A DNA stretch of 64,000 nt from positions 7,944,232 to 8,008,231 of the forward strand of contig CM082589.2 of NCBI GenBank assembly GCA_040954595.2, given 5' to 3'. Positions within the stretch are counted from its first letter, which is position 1, and each line of letters starts with the position of its first letter. Origin of the DNA: Balanoglossus misakiensis. Taxonomy: Eukaryota > Animalia > Hemichordata. This document shows positions 47,701 through 61,111 of the stretch, piece by piece. Made by a program: the position numbers and the translations under genes. Under the pieces are notes generated by a model. That model did no database searches. It worked only from the letters and a program-made list of their open reading frames with translations, and was not told the DNA's origin.

Positions 47701-50300
47701 TGTAAAAGCGGTGACTACAGGTAGAAATTTCTAAAACTGTGAAGTCGTCTATCTGCTTAAATTGTCTCTGATGTAAGAGTTCAACTGAGATTTAAAGTTA
47801 TTTATGTTGGTACTGCATCTAACAATGTCAGGTAGAGAGAGTTCCAAGCTCTAGCTGCACGCATAGCAAAACTCTTTTGACCTGTTTCTGTTCGAAATCG
47901 AGGCAATACTAATTTGCGAGTTGAGGCTCCTCGTGTCTGGTAAGCATGGACGTCATTCAGTGTAACAATTTTTTCTATAAGATAGCTAGGAGCAGAATTG
48001 TGGAAACATTTGTACACCATAATACAAGTAAAGTAAAAAATACGTTATCTAACAGATAGCACATCGAATCTTTCAAACAGTACATCAGTTGGGGTATCAA
48101 AATCAGCATTAAGTATTACTATTAAGGCACGCTTCTGCATTTTATAAACCTTATCTATATTTTTAGAAGTCGTATTTCCCCACACAATAGAGCAGTCAAT
48201 GACAGATTGGATCAAACCGTAATATAAAAAACTTCTAAGGTGTAAAGGTATGAATTTACAAAGACGCCTAAGTAGTCCAATTCCCCGACTCAAAGTAAGA
48301 CACAAATTATCAATATGTTTGTCCCATGAAATAAAATTGTCTAAAGTTAAACCCAGTATCTTTTCAGAGGTGACACATGAAATTTGTCTGTCATTAATGG
48401 AAATGTCCAATTGTTCATCGGAAATGTCAGTCTCTTATTTTTTGACGAGATCCGACTAACATAGCTTTCGTTTTGCCCTCATTTATGATCATTCCATTAC
48501 TTCGAATGCAGTTACTTGACAACATTACATCATTTTGAAGGGAATCATTTACACGCGAAACATAAATTCCCGAGGTAAGAAGGGTTTGATCGTCAGCGTA
48601 CATATCAAGTTGCGAGTTATACAAAGTTAATGGTAAATCATTGATTAAGTAGTAAACAGTAGTGGTCCCAACACTGAGTATATTGACTAAGACATAAATT
48701 AAGTATGTATGTCAAGGATTTGCAGCATGTAAATATTAAAATTAATTATGACATATATGACGTGTGTGCGCAGCTGCCCTCGCAGTTGTATTATATTTAC
48801 GTATTATATTATACCAGTATATTGATGGTGTAAATCACGCTATTTTATTGGTCGAGACACGACACGTGACTGTGATATATTCGTCATATACCACAGTCAT
48901 ATATCACGCAAACTCATAGTCAAAGAAAATGCCTTTTTCAAATGTTTTATGCAAAGTTTCAATATACTGGTATAATATAATAGCAATAAAACACCCCCAG
49001 CCATGGTATACCACTCGATTTTGACCAGTTCAACTCCATATACGCACGAGCGATAGAACTGGTCAAAATCTCGTGGTAAACCATGGCTGGGGGTGTTTTA
49101 TTGCTTAAATTATGGAGGTTCAAACTTGCGTGAACGTCTACTTTTTCAAAACATTAATTTTAAATCAGTTCAGTAACTTCTTAGTATGTAGTTTCAAGGG
49201 TCAAGATGAAATATTACTACGTCCAAAGCTCTTGAGTAGATAATTCGTGCACTTGTAAATGGGCGTACATTGAACCGTGGAAATCAATATACAGTGGCCA
49301 TATAAGATGTATTCGCACTGATGGTTTTGTTGTGGTGAATTCTGTCGTCATTATGACCTGGTTCCAGTGAAAATCAAACGTATATGAACCCGGAAAGTCA
49401 ACAACATATAAGTAGCGTCACACCTCATCATTCACTGTCACGACTTTTGCTGGACACAGTACATGTACATACTTGATTCACACAATCATATATAAATCAA
49501 TGCACACTATAGTTGGCGAGATAAGACTTTATGAGTTTCGTGAAAAGTGTCAAGAGGTCTGAAAAGTCTAAAACAAACCTGCCTATATATTTCACTACAA
49601 AAGCTGACCAGTCAGAGAGAAAATGTATGTTTAGCGTGGTGACGACACAAAGTTGCCAAAGAAGGTAGCCAGAAAGAGAATATAACAATGTAATACGAAT
49701 GGCCACGTCTACGCGAGTACTGTGCATTACAGTATATTGTGAGACAATAATCTCCTACAAAACACCGTTTTCACATTCATTTTACTCCCCAACTTTTTTT
49801 CAACTGAATGTAGCTCACCTGTATACTACACTTCTTTTGGTAACACTTACTTCACTGAACGAGATTGTGATAGGTTTCACGTCCAGAGACACCATACAAT
49901 ATCTACAGCTTATTTTTTCTTATTTAGGAATTGCTTAACTCAGTTTGTCTCAAGACTACCTGATCTATATTTCAATGATGCGTTTTGTATAGACTTTGTG
50001 AAAAGAATACAATTTTGCAACACTTTCTCCATTAAAACAAATGCAAAGTTTAAAACAAAGCACAAAGTACAATTGTCTTGTATTATCACATTACGACAAT
50101 CGAGTCTCGTATATGTTTGTTGTGTCTGTTGCATCCGGTCATTTGAGCAACAGAAAATAAAATTGTTTACATTAAAGCTATGGTTACGAGCCTTGTAAAC
50201 ATAGCCTTTGTTACCTCTTGACCCTGGAGCGAAACCAGGGTCTATGGATAAACTAAATATAAGTATAGCGTTAGTGGTAGCAGGTGTCTCATTTGGTAAG

Positions 50301-53300
50301 ATGAAGACAATCGGAAAGTTTTTGCTGCTCTGTCTCTGTGCTTCCACAGTCCACAGTCAGCATACAACGACATGCTGGTATTATGGGTGGCTGGGAAATT
50401 GTACGACAACATATAGCCCTGCACCGACAATGCCAGGTTGTGTTTGGGGAAACTGGACGGAATGCAGCGCGACTTGTGGTCCGAATGGAACACAAACTTC
50501 AGAGTGTAAACTTGGCGACACGGTGGTGGGGACTAATGAACGAGAATGCAACAGATTCTGCATGAACAACGGCACATTATCAAACGGCTATTGCTCGTGT
50601 CCCATAGAATTTACTGGTACATGTTGCGAGCTGCCCGCAGAAGGAGGTATGCCATGCCATTTTCTTTATGATTAACAGGCTGGGGTTGGGGTTTTCCACG
50701 CCATGTGTTAAAACCTGATATCAGTGAGGGTATTGCCATTGGAAGAGTTATTCAAAATAACTAAATACATATACATGTAAATGTTTCTGTGATCATGATA
50801 CAATTTCCACATATTTTACTCAAGCTCTTTATGCTGCCTACTTAAGAGGCGGGTGTACGTTAAAACATGTAAATGAAATGTGGTAACTTAATTGTATCTT
50901 AGTTGGAATCGTCGTGACTCTAATGAAAAAAAGACTGCCAGCAAAGGTACACTGTATAGAGAAAGTTTATTTAATGCAAGCCATTTATTTGATTCTCGCA
51001 GGTGTGGAATTGTCACACAGCATTGCCGGTTCCGAAGTTCTCTTCCACTGTGACTATGATCATGACACCGCCTCCCAGAGCGTTTCATTGCAGTTCGAAT
51101 GGTATGTTGGAAACGAAATCGTATTTGACGAGCTTCTTACTGGTGTGTCAGCCAGATCCACGATGAAACAAGCAAACTGGGAAGGCAAAATGGGATCTCA
51201 GGTGAGAAACGGGACACTTTTTGCTGACACTGAATGGATCGGAATTTGCTTGTTGGCTAGGCAACGCACGAAAGCTTATACTCGCGCCACGCATTTGTTG
51301 ATTGTATAAAGGTGCATGCATGCTGACACGCACAGGCGGTGTAGTGGATGATATATCATACAGTAGGCAATGTTGAAAGAACAATGCCATTCTTGACCTT
51401 CTTCCTGGTAGTCATAATCTTGAGAAAAAACTGCGTCATCAATGTGTATACAAAACCATTGGTGTTGTTTCGACGAACTGGCGTCGGTCGGGAGTAAGTT
51501 CGCTTATTTTCTCTAGAAAATGAAGTCTGTAACACAAACAATTCCCTTGAAAACGATGTTTGAGAAAATGCTCAGTGTTCCATACAAATTCAATCACGAT
51601 TTAAAAATCCGTGTATAATTAGTTATATTACACAAAGAGCAAATTCTACTTTCACTTTTGCTTATGATTCACACAAACCCACCTAAACCGAAATATTGCT
51701 TTTGTAACTTAATTTAGTAATACGAATTTCTTTGCTAATTCATTACATATGTTTATTTATTAGTCAATGAATAATCCTTGTTTTACGTCAATTAAAAAAA
51801 TGACGTTCGCTCTGTGTTAGAAGTAGATATACACAATGGGTTGGTTATTAGCGAGTATGTGTGAGTGTGAGCGTCATGCGATAAAAATGTCACTTATGCT
51901 GAGTACGTTTGTCTTCTCAATTGCCATAGGAACAAGAATACAATAGCGCATTAGGGACCGTTCAGTTTTTACGGCAGGGGGGGGGGGCGAGGTTTTTGTC
52001 ATCGGTTCTCAAAATCAGGCCGACCCCCCCCCCCCTTCACCCCGGACCAAAAAATGATGACCCCCCCCCTTTGACAGACCCAAAAATATGATGACCCCCC
52101 CACGCCCAAAACATTCGCCGTCCTGATCCTATGTACACTGTATGCAATAAAGGGAATGAGGCTCCTCACACCTCAATTATATATTTCTTAAAGTATTATT
52201 GAAGTATATAATATTATATCGCTGCAATAAAGAAATCTATGAACAAATTAAAATGACAAGTCAATACAATAGTTGCTAGAATCGGTAAAACAAGAAAAGT
52301 GGCGGGGGTGGGCGTGAAATAAGAATTTTTTGTAAAATACGGTGCTCAAAGTTGCAATTTAATGAACTCAAAAGCAAATTAACTCAATGTTAGGGAGGAC
52401 AAATGTTAATTTTGCCACTCCACTAAAAGTAAGCATCGGGGTGGGGTGGCAAGAAGTCTTCCCTGGTACACTAGACAAACCAGTGAATAAATGCAATGTG
52501 GCGAAGAATGGAGGGGGTGGGTGTGGGAGGGGGTGTCCCCCTCCGACATAAGAAAATTTTGTAAAATATGTAGCGCAAAGTTGCATTTTAATGAACTCAA
52601 AAGCAAATTATCTCAATGTTTGGGAGGACCAATTTTACTTTTTGCCACTCCACTCAAAGTTAGAAGATTTGGCGTCATCTTGTCATGACATCATTTATAA
52701 AACTTCTAGTATATAGAAGATACAGCGCGAAACTATCAGTTATGCACAATTATTCTCCTTTATGTATTCACTTTGTTAAATATTATCATTGGTGGGGTTG
52801 GGGTGGCAAGCACTCTGCCCTGGTACACTAGACAAACCAGCAAAAAATGAAATGTGGCGGAGAATGAATTGGGTGGGTGTGGGAGGGGGTGTCTCCTGCA
52901 ATTTTGTGCACTCAAAAGCAAAAGTTCGGTGGCAAATGTATGTGGCCCCCCCCTAAACGTTTAAAAAAAACAGATGACCCCCCCCCCTTGTGGACTTCAA
53001 AATTTAAGTGACCCTCCCCCCCCGGCCGTAAAAACTGAACGGTCCCTTATCGCTGTGGTTGACGTGATTATTTGACCTAAGTCAGGTTGAGTTGTCTGTG
53101 GTGCACTTGTCAATTAATTATTCTGTGTTTGCGCATCAAAGTCTTGAATTAAAATTCTATAACAAAGCAGTAATTCTCTGATATTACAGATTCGCTGTGA
53201 AGTTCTGATTTTCGAAGGTGACACAAACATTGGAAGAAAGCGGAGTACAACGTTTTTCGCAGGAATCGAAGTAAGTGGATCAAATGTCCCTCGTCCTGGA

Positions 53301-54994
53301 ATAGTCTTGTTCCCTGCCCCAATCCCACCGCTGGCTGCGCTACGCTAAAGGGAAAGGGGTCAGGTACGGCCCGATTTCATGCCCAGAAACCTGGGAAGAA
53401 CACGTGATCATAAACAAGATGGATGCCTCCAATGTCCGTACGCCAGTCAAAATTCATCCAGGCAGTTTATTTTGTTTCGTTTGTTGTAAAGTTGGAAATC
53501 GAATGATAAACATTCATGGAGGTGAAGGAGAGAACGGGAAATGAGCATCTTACAACAACTTATCAACTTAATGTTCGTATGTATGAGAGCCATGTTTACA
53601 ATAGGCCGTGCCTGACCCTTTCCCTTTAGCGTAGCGCAGCCAGCGGTGGGATTGGGGCAGGGAACCAGACTAGTCCTGGAACGTCTTTTGAAATATCAAA
53701 AAGGAAGCAGTGTACAATGTACGAAATATTACTGGAGTACATGTAACAGAGGTATTTGTTCTGGTGTGATCATAGCCAGCCCCACACGTTTGTCCCGATG
53801 AGCACTAAGCAACGCGACTGTCAAACATCCCGGCGAAGATTAGTCTCGGTTACCCAGACGCCTTTGTTTCTTCCGATGCTCTCCAGAAAAGGGTCTGGGG
53901 AAATGCTATTGAAAGCTTTGTAAAACAAAATGGCCGATGTCAGGATTTTGATCATCGCCTGATTGGCTGAGCTGTCAGTATGACCCGGGTCACTGACTCT
54001 CGACAATGTGTGATTATTTGTCGTATCTTCATATCAAGAGACCGGTACTTGTTGGTTGATGCGAAAGGCAAAAGGCGTCCTCTGTTAGCATTGTTGGAAA
54101 AATTATATGAAATATCTTTGGTAGACGATTGTCGAAACTATTGCAGTGACCCGGGTCATACTGACAGCTCAGCCAATCAGGCGATGATCAAAATCCTGAC
54201 ATCGGCCATTTTGTTTTACAAAGCTTTCAATAGCATTTCCCCAGACCCTTTTCTGGAGAGCATCGGAAGAGCAAAGGCGTCTGGGTAACCGAGACTAGGC
54301 GAAGATTCGTCTCTTCCCCCTGCCCCATTCCCGCCGCTGGCTGCGCTTCGCTTTTAACGTATAGCACAGCCAGCGGCGGGAATCGTGCAGTCACTCCACA
54401 AACTGACCCGGAAGCATTTCTTTGACAATGCAAGGCTGATTACGCATGGCCATAGATCACAGTCACTCCACCGCGAAGTGACAGTGACATAATGTAATCC
54501 ACGTCGCGTGTAAGTACTTGCAATTTTAATAGGTAAATTATGCTTAATAATTTGCTTTCCTGAATAAAAACATAAATTGTTTTCAAAACAGGTACGAAAC
54601 GATATCGATTTTATCGAGGTCTACGAGAATGACGGCTTTGTGTCTATTGAGTTGATGCCTACGGTCCCATTCCTGTGTTCGGCACCGAACTGTGTGGTTC
54701 AGATACCAGTCACAATTACAGAGAGATCAGGTCAATACGGGAAGTACGTCGACACCGTTGTACAAGACCAGTGCGGAGCTTTTATGACATCGGACAACCC
54801 GGATGGTCCGTACACAATACGGGTGAAGGCAAGACGTGACTTCTTCAGTGATGGTGACGGTGAAGTGCAGTTGGAATTTCAGCCGATACAAACGCAGAAG
54901 GCACCCTTGTGGAATAACTACCAAATTTCCGGTACTATAACGGTACGAATGTTTCTTCAAATAATATACATAATTGTTTTCTTGTGTCGTAAAG

Positions 54995-55054
<60 letters not shown>

Positions 55055-55120
55055 CCATCACCATCATCATCATCATCATCATCATCTCATCATCATCATC
55101 ATCACCATCACCATCACCAC

Positions 55121-55210
<90 letters not shown>

Positions 55211-56603
55211 TTATTATTTATTATTATTATCATCATTTCTACCTTATATCAATGTTTTGTCCCAATAGATTCGAACATATGACCGTGATCGACGGTCAAG
55301 GAAATGTAGTGGCACAGGGGACCCACATTATTACACAATGGATGGAATGTAAGTAACTACCCGCATAGTTTTTGATACTCGAAACATACCCATATCAAAG
55401 GATGTGTAATTCAATTATATCGCTATGGTTTTACATTGGTAATAATAAAGTCACTGAAATAAAGTCTTTACATTTTTCTTCCTACATTCAGTTAATACAT
55501 ATATAAGTAAATGTCAGAATGCCGTCTCCATATATTGTTGCTTAGACTGAAAACTATCTTTAAAAATGATTTTTATTTTTAATTTCCAGGTATTTTCACG
55601 TGTATCTCCCTGGCGAATACATATTCTATCGACACAGTGTATTGCCGTATGAAGTAAGTTCTTGAAAGCTATCGACACTCCTCTGTCATGGGAATTTACT
55701 TGCACACACCTGAAAACGGAACTCGAGTCTTGCTAGCGGTGTCAGTAGTAAAAAAGAAGGTCACACTGTCAAATCTTACAAGTTGTCAGCGAAAATAAGC
55801 ACTACATCGTGGCATTCGCAAGTCACTGTTCACAGCTGCCACGTTTCATTGTTGATTCTCTATAGGTGCAGACACGTTTGAAACCTTGTGGCCGTGTAGC
55901 CTGTAACTGTGGTGTAGCCGCCCGAGCTGAAGACGACGTTATTATCGTTGACCGATGTAAAACGATCACCGAAGAAGTGGTTTACTATAATTGGCTTGGT
56001 CAAAGATCCTCGTATTTCCGGGAGCGCGGGCAACTAACCGTGAAGATTATCACTAATGGTGTTATGACACCCGGTTTCAGACTCGTAAAGCAGGATAGTG
56101 GAAGAACATATAAGGTAAAATGTCAACTTGCTCCTTAATAATATGATCCACCCACGAATAGCCATACTATCTGGTCTGAATCTTCATGCTGCGATTGCCT
56201 GATAGGCTTGAGAGAACAAATCGTACATTTATCGCAAATTTCTTGACCAAATACATTGTTAATACTAGGGATCTGTATATCAATTGAAAGTATAACTAGA
56301 CTCAGCCTTTTCATTTATCTGAAAATTTTTTTTTTGTTACAGATTTACTTCCCAACTGGGGCTTATGTCGAAATTCAGGGAACCACTTACCTCAGCGTGT
56401 ATTTTTCTGCTGGGGCAGATGACTACGGTTGGGAAAACTTGGGTCTTTGCGGGAGTTATGACACCAACCCCGAGAATGATTTTCTACATGGTCCTGTCAC
56501 AGCCCCTTCAAAGTTTTACTCACCACCTCTGAGAAATACGGTTGCTCACAATTTCTCTACGACATGGAGGTATGTCTAACAAATATGTATGCATGTCTAA
56601 CAA

Positions 56604-56634
<31 letters not shown>

Positions 56635-56758
56635 TGTATGTATGTATGTATGTATGTATGTATGTATGTATGTATGTATGTATGTATGTATGTATGTATG
56701 TATGTATGTATGTATGTATGTATGTATGTATGTATGTATGTATGTATGTATGTATGTA

Positions 56759-56819
<61 letters not shown>

Positions 56820-59705
56820 ATGTATGTATGTATGAATCGGCATGCAATGACATGCAATGAGAAATAAAATTAATGATTTATTTGCTTGTCCATGTTCACT
56901 CTACATTCCAACGCCTAGGGTTCCATCAGGAAAGAATCTATTCTACGGAGAATTGGACACATTTGAGAAGAACAATGTCAGCCAGGTGTATTGCACCTGT
57001 AGTCCAAATGCACAGGATGGAAGTCTTGATGAGGTTTGTGAAAATGGCAAAGATAACGGACGACGGCCCCAGTCTCCTGGAACTTGCAATGCCAGAGAGT
57101 GCGATGTAACCGACGAGTATCTGGAAATAGAAGTCACTAATAGACGTCGACGAAGTGCCAATAAACGACAGAAGCGAGAAACAACTGTTCCTGATGATGA
57201 TCTTGCTTTTGAGTTCGACGAGGATTTTGAATACCTGGTAAATGACTTAAAATAAGCATATGATAACCAGTCATCCGAAAATTAACGAACTTTGCCTTGG
57301 GTGTTTATCTTTTGAATTTATTCGAGCTACACCCATACTGTTAACATAAAATACAGAATAACGGAAGTATTTAGAAATATATAATATGTTAGTGTTTTCC
57401 CCACATTATTGGGTAATGGTTTTATGGGTCGATGTAAATTTATTGTTGGAATAGTGAATGTCAATGTTTTGCCAAATTTGAAAGATATCGGCCTGTACAC
57501 TCGCATTCTTGCGGGAATACTGTTAAACATTAGCTAATACAATTTTCAAAAATCAACTTTATTCAACAATGGCAATTCCCCGACTAAGCCAGGGCTGTTT
57601 TTTCGTTCTGAAAGGTTCCTGCATGGCCAACGACGTCAGGAATTACAGAGGCTCAGGCACAGAATGAGTGCTTCCAACAAATAAAAAATACAACTATTGG
57701 TCAAAGTTGTTCGACGGCACTTGACGATGACGAAGTAGAAGAATTTATAGCAGCTTGCATAATTGATATTCAGGTATGAGCATGCGCTGTTAGTCACACG
57801 TATCTTGAGTTCACCATTTCAGTGTCGAGACATCCAGAAAATTTTACAAAATCTGTCATCGTCCATGCTGGTTTTATGGGTTTTATGGCTAAGTGAATAC
57901 ACCAACAGCAGATTGCAGATGTTGGGACATACACGATCACCCAATCATGATAACGACGACACAACTAATAATATTTGCATAGGTTTTAGACGATCTGTCT
58001 CAAGCAAAGATATCGAGAGATCTACTGACGGCCCAGTGTGAAGAGGTTCTGTCCAAAAACAGTTCGCTTTGGGAAACGAGTGACGACGGGACTGTTGGTC
58101 CACCGAGATCAATCCTGGGAGCAATGTGTCCTTCTGATTGCAGTGGCAACGGAGATTGCAACGACGGTGTATGCACGTGTTACCCGAGCTTTGGAGGAAC
58201 TGACTGCTCAACGAATTTGAACGAAGCGCCGCAGATCTACCGGTCAGGCAAGGCTGGTCTGTGTGACTCCGGTGCAGAGAGCTGTACCCACGTGTCAATC
58301 TACGGTGACAACTTTGTAGAATCTGCAAACTTGACTTGTCACGTGACACGCGTGGAGGTAAGCACGTACGAGGAGTGATGTCAATAAAAAGTAAATGGAC
58401 TATAGAGGCAAGATAGTGAGTTTTGCTGACGTGGATGCGCAGTGAAATTTTTGACGAGAGCAGTGATGACAAATGAACACAAATTGAACCACTTTAACAG
58501 CGAGAAAATTGAAACTGATGAATCTTTTCTTGGTGACTGATAACCGTCACGTTGATGCGCCATCGAGTTCGTCTTAGGACTTTTTTTAAGTTATAAGGGT
58601 GAATTGACTGTTTTAAAGGAACAATATTGTCCAATATTAATTTTTTTGTAATTTTCATTATTAAGATATCGGAGTCAGAATTTACCATTTCGGATACAAC
58701 AACAAACACAGTTGCCGAATATTCGACGTTCGAAGTAGTCAAATGCCCCATTGAAGCCACTTCTAGACGACGACGAGCTGCTAATGCCCAGGAACCTGTG
58801 GGTGCCTTGGTTTCTATTAGTAACGATGGAACCATGGAGAGCGCACAAGTTCTTGCTATCATCTATGACTCAAACTGTGACGTCTGCAATGGCACATATG
58901 GCTATTGTTCTCGAAAGGTAAGCAGTTTTGGGAAACCCTTCGTATACACGACACCCTACAAGAGTATTCGTTTGTTTTTGTAAACAAATGGCATCAATGA
59001 CTACTCAGTCGATAATTATCCAAGCAAATTCACAGCCACCAATAGAATTCAATGTGGCATTTTCATAAATATACAATAATATACAATCTCTCTCTCTCTC
59101 TCTTTCAGACTGACATCTGCATCGTGGATGGCGAATGCTACAATCTTGATGACCCAATGTGTCAGCAAGGTAAGCTGTGATTCTTTGATAAGCATTACGC
59201 ATTTAAACTATGTGTCTCTTGTCGTTGTGACGAAGTTAATTTGTGGCGAATATAGCAGATGTCTGGTAAAATGATACATGTTTACAATGCCACATGTTAT
59301 TATCTACATACGTGGAAATATCCTTTGAGAAAATATTTCTAATTGTACATGTACTACTGATTTTTTTACTTTTAGGTTCTAACACATTGATAATTGTTGG
59401 TGCTGTTCTTGGCTCTGTGTTTGCAGTTGCCATTGTCATCATCATTGTTGCAGTGGTGTGTGTCAAGAAGTAAGTCTTTTAATCTAAATATAAAGTTTGT
59501 CGTGTAACAAAGGATCATCCCAGCAATGCTGTACACGGTTTTGTGTGTTTTGTGGTGAAATTCTGATTTAAATCGTCATATCATCATCACTTCATTCGTT
59601 TGTAACTTATTTTGACATATGTTTTCTCGTATTAGGAAAGGCAAGAAGAAATCCAGAGTCGACTCGGCGGACAGAGTAGCAGGAAACGGCGAACGCGGTC
59701 CATAA
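50301..59705 (+). CDS. VWD- and EGF-domain (VWDE-like) type I membrane protein with an N-terminal TSP1-like repeat, about 15 exons
   Basis: Signal peptide MKTIGKFLLLCLCASTVHS; WGNWTECSATCG (TSP1); CMNNG..CSCP..FTGTCCE (EGF); FFAGIE; CSGTGDPHYYTMDG, VACNCGVAARAEDDVIIVDRC and GLCGSYD (VWD); CPSDCSGNGDC (EGF); TM LIIVGAVLGSVFAVAIVIIIVAVVCV followed by KKKGKKK; stop at 59703-59705. Confidence 0.9.
51954..53046. mobile_element. PIF/Harbinger-type MITE, family A (second copy)
   Basis: TTA|GGGACCGTTCAG...CTGAACGGTCCC|TTA; homologous to 25960-26902 with one extra internal repeat. Confidence 0.9.
53302..53672. mobile_element. AcademH-type MITE
   Basis: About 70-bp TIR TAGTCTTGTTCCCTGCCCC...GGGGCAGGGAACCAGACTA and exact 9-bp TSD GTCCTGGAA. 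Confidence 0.88.
53841..54297. mobile_element. AcademH-type MITE carrying a zinc-finger ORF fragment
   Basis: About 154-bp TIR TAGTCTCGGTTACCCAGACG... and exact 9-bp TSD GGCGAAGAT. The centre encodes CVIICRIFISRDRYLL..KRRPLL.LLE. Confidence 0.9.
54995..55210. repeat. (ATC)n microsatellite, intronic
   Basis: Seen directly. Confidence 0.95.
56605..56834. repeat. (ATGT)n/(GT)n compound microsatellite, intronic
   Basis: Seen directly. Confidence 0.95.
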
Positions 59706-60719
59706 TGACCCCAGACTCTACATGACTTGCAGTCATCGGTCGACACCATCTGCAAGGATTCAATTTCCATAGATTTGCTGTTTACATCATCTATATAAAT
59801 GATCATGGCCATACCACAATGTTAACTAATTATTTTTTTTATATATAATCAGGTAGTGGCAGTAATTATGCATGTATACGTATAGAAAGTTGTATTTCAT
59901 GCTTATGAAATTTTGTGAAATCAGTCGAATGAGGTGCCAAACTGCTACAGTATACCAAGGCACCCTACTAAGTGTACGGTTGATACCCTATACGTGATAT
60001 TGTATACTACACGGAAGTATAGTATACCACATGTGCGTGTTTTTTAATGGTTTAATGAGTTACTGATGTAACATCGAATGTAATCTACAGTACTTTAATT
60101 GTGAATGAAATATTTATAGGCTTAAAAAGGCGACTTAGATATTTTACTTCATCTTTCCCGTGAAATGTCCTGAATGTAATGTATATCGTTGCTCGTTTCA
60201 CACATTTACTTTTGTATCTTGTTCAAATTACCAAGCAAAATCAAAGTAGCGCTATTGTAACCTGTGTGCCTTTATAGGTACTGAGTCTCAAAGCTGGCCG
60301 CTGGGCCGGAACGTAAAGTTCGGCATTGACGTCATATTCTGTAAAGTCCAGCTCTTGTCTGCATGACTGTCTTGTAGATTAGCTATGTCGCCATATTCGG
60401 ACTGTTCCTACTTATTTTTTTATTAATTGTGTATATGTATACTAAAATATAATAAACAAGGGTTCAAAATATTGCTTTGATCTGAACTTGCAATATATTC
60501 GCTGTGGCTTCTAAATAATGCCCCATTAGTCCTTTTTAGCAATTTTCTCTCTGGAGTTTCTTATTCGCTTCTATAAAGCGTATAAAACATTTACATTTAT
60601 CCAAGTCAGTGAAAGAAATTATATTATTTAAATAGTATCTTCAAGTTACGGATTGTTAATCTTCCTGAGGTCACGAAGCTGAGGATGAGGATGAGGCTGA
60701 CACCAGCTTCAGCCTCAGC

Positions 60720-60800
60720 TAGTCTCGGTTACCCAGACTCTCTTACTCTTTCTCTCGTCTCTCGTCTGCGCGAGAAAGAGAGTCTGGAATCACTGCAGGT
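60720..60800 (+). mobile_element. Solo Academ-type left end
   Basis: TAGTCTCGGTTACCCAGAC followed by the subterminal hairpin CCAGACTCTC...GAGAGTCTGG; no partner end in the window. Confidence 0.6.
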
Positions 60801-60931
60801 TAAATTTTCCGCGCCGGAAGCGTCTTTTACTAATCGAGCGGTGCACCCTGGATCCAATAACAAATCGCAGGGAATAGCATGAACAGAGGAATGAATCGTG
60901 TTGTCGTTGTTGTTGATGATAAAAACATTTT

Positions 60932-61111
60932 TAAAAAATCAATGTGTCATTTCCTGCTACCGTAATCGTGGAAAACCCGACCTAGGTCGCCCAACGCCAC
61001 TCTCGTGGAAAACATGACCTAGGTCGGCCAACGTCACTACGAGTGACGTTGGGCGACCTAGGTCGGGTTTTCCACGATTACGGTAGCAGGAAATGACACA
61101 TTGATTTTTTA
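60932..61111. repeat. About 180-bp palindrome abutting the Copia truncation point
   Basis: TAAAAAATCAATGTGTCATTTCCTGCTACCGTAATCGTGGAAAACCCGACCTAGGTCGCCCAACG and its reverse complement. Confidence 0.85.

Larger units (their letters stand above)
34228..50255 (+). repeat. Tandem segmental array with a 3.02-kb base unit and 7.37-kb dimeric higher-order repeat; holds 5 copies of the VWDE-like upstream region and 4 LINE fragments
   Basis: The unit start CACTGAGTATATTGA occurs at 34228, 38284, 41303, 45654 and 48672, and the same ORF set recurs in the track. Confidence 0.95.
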
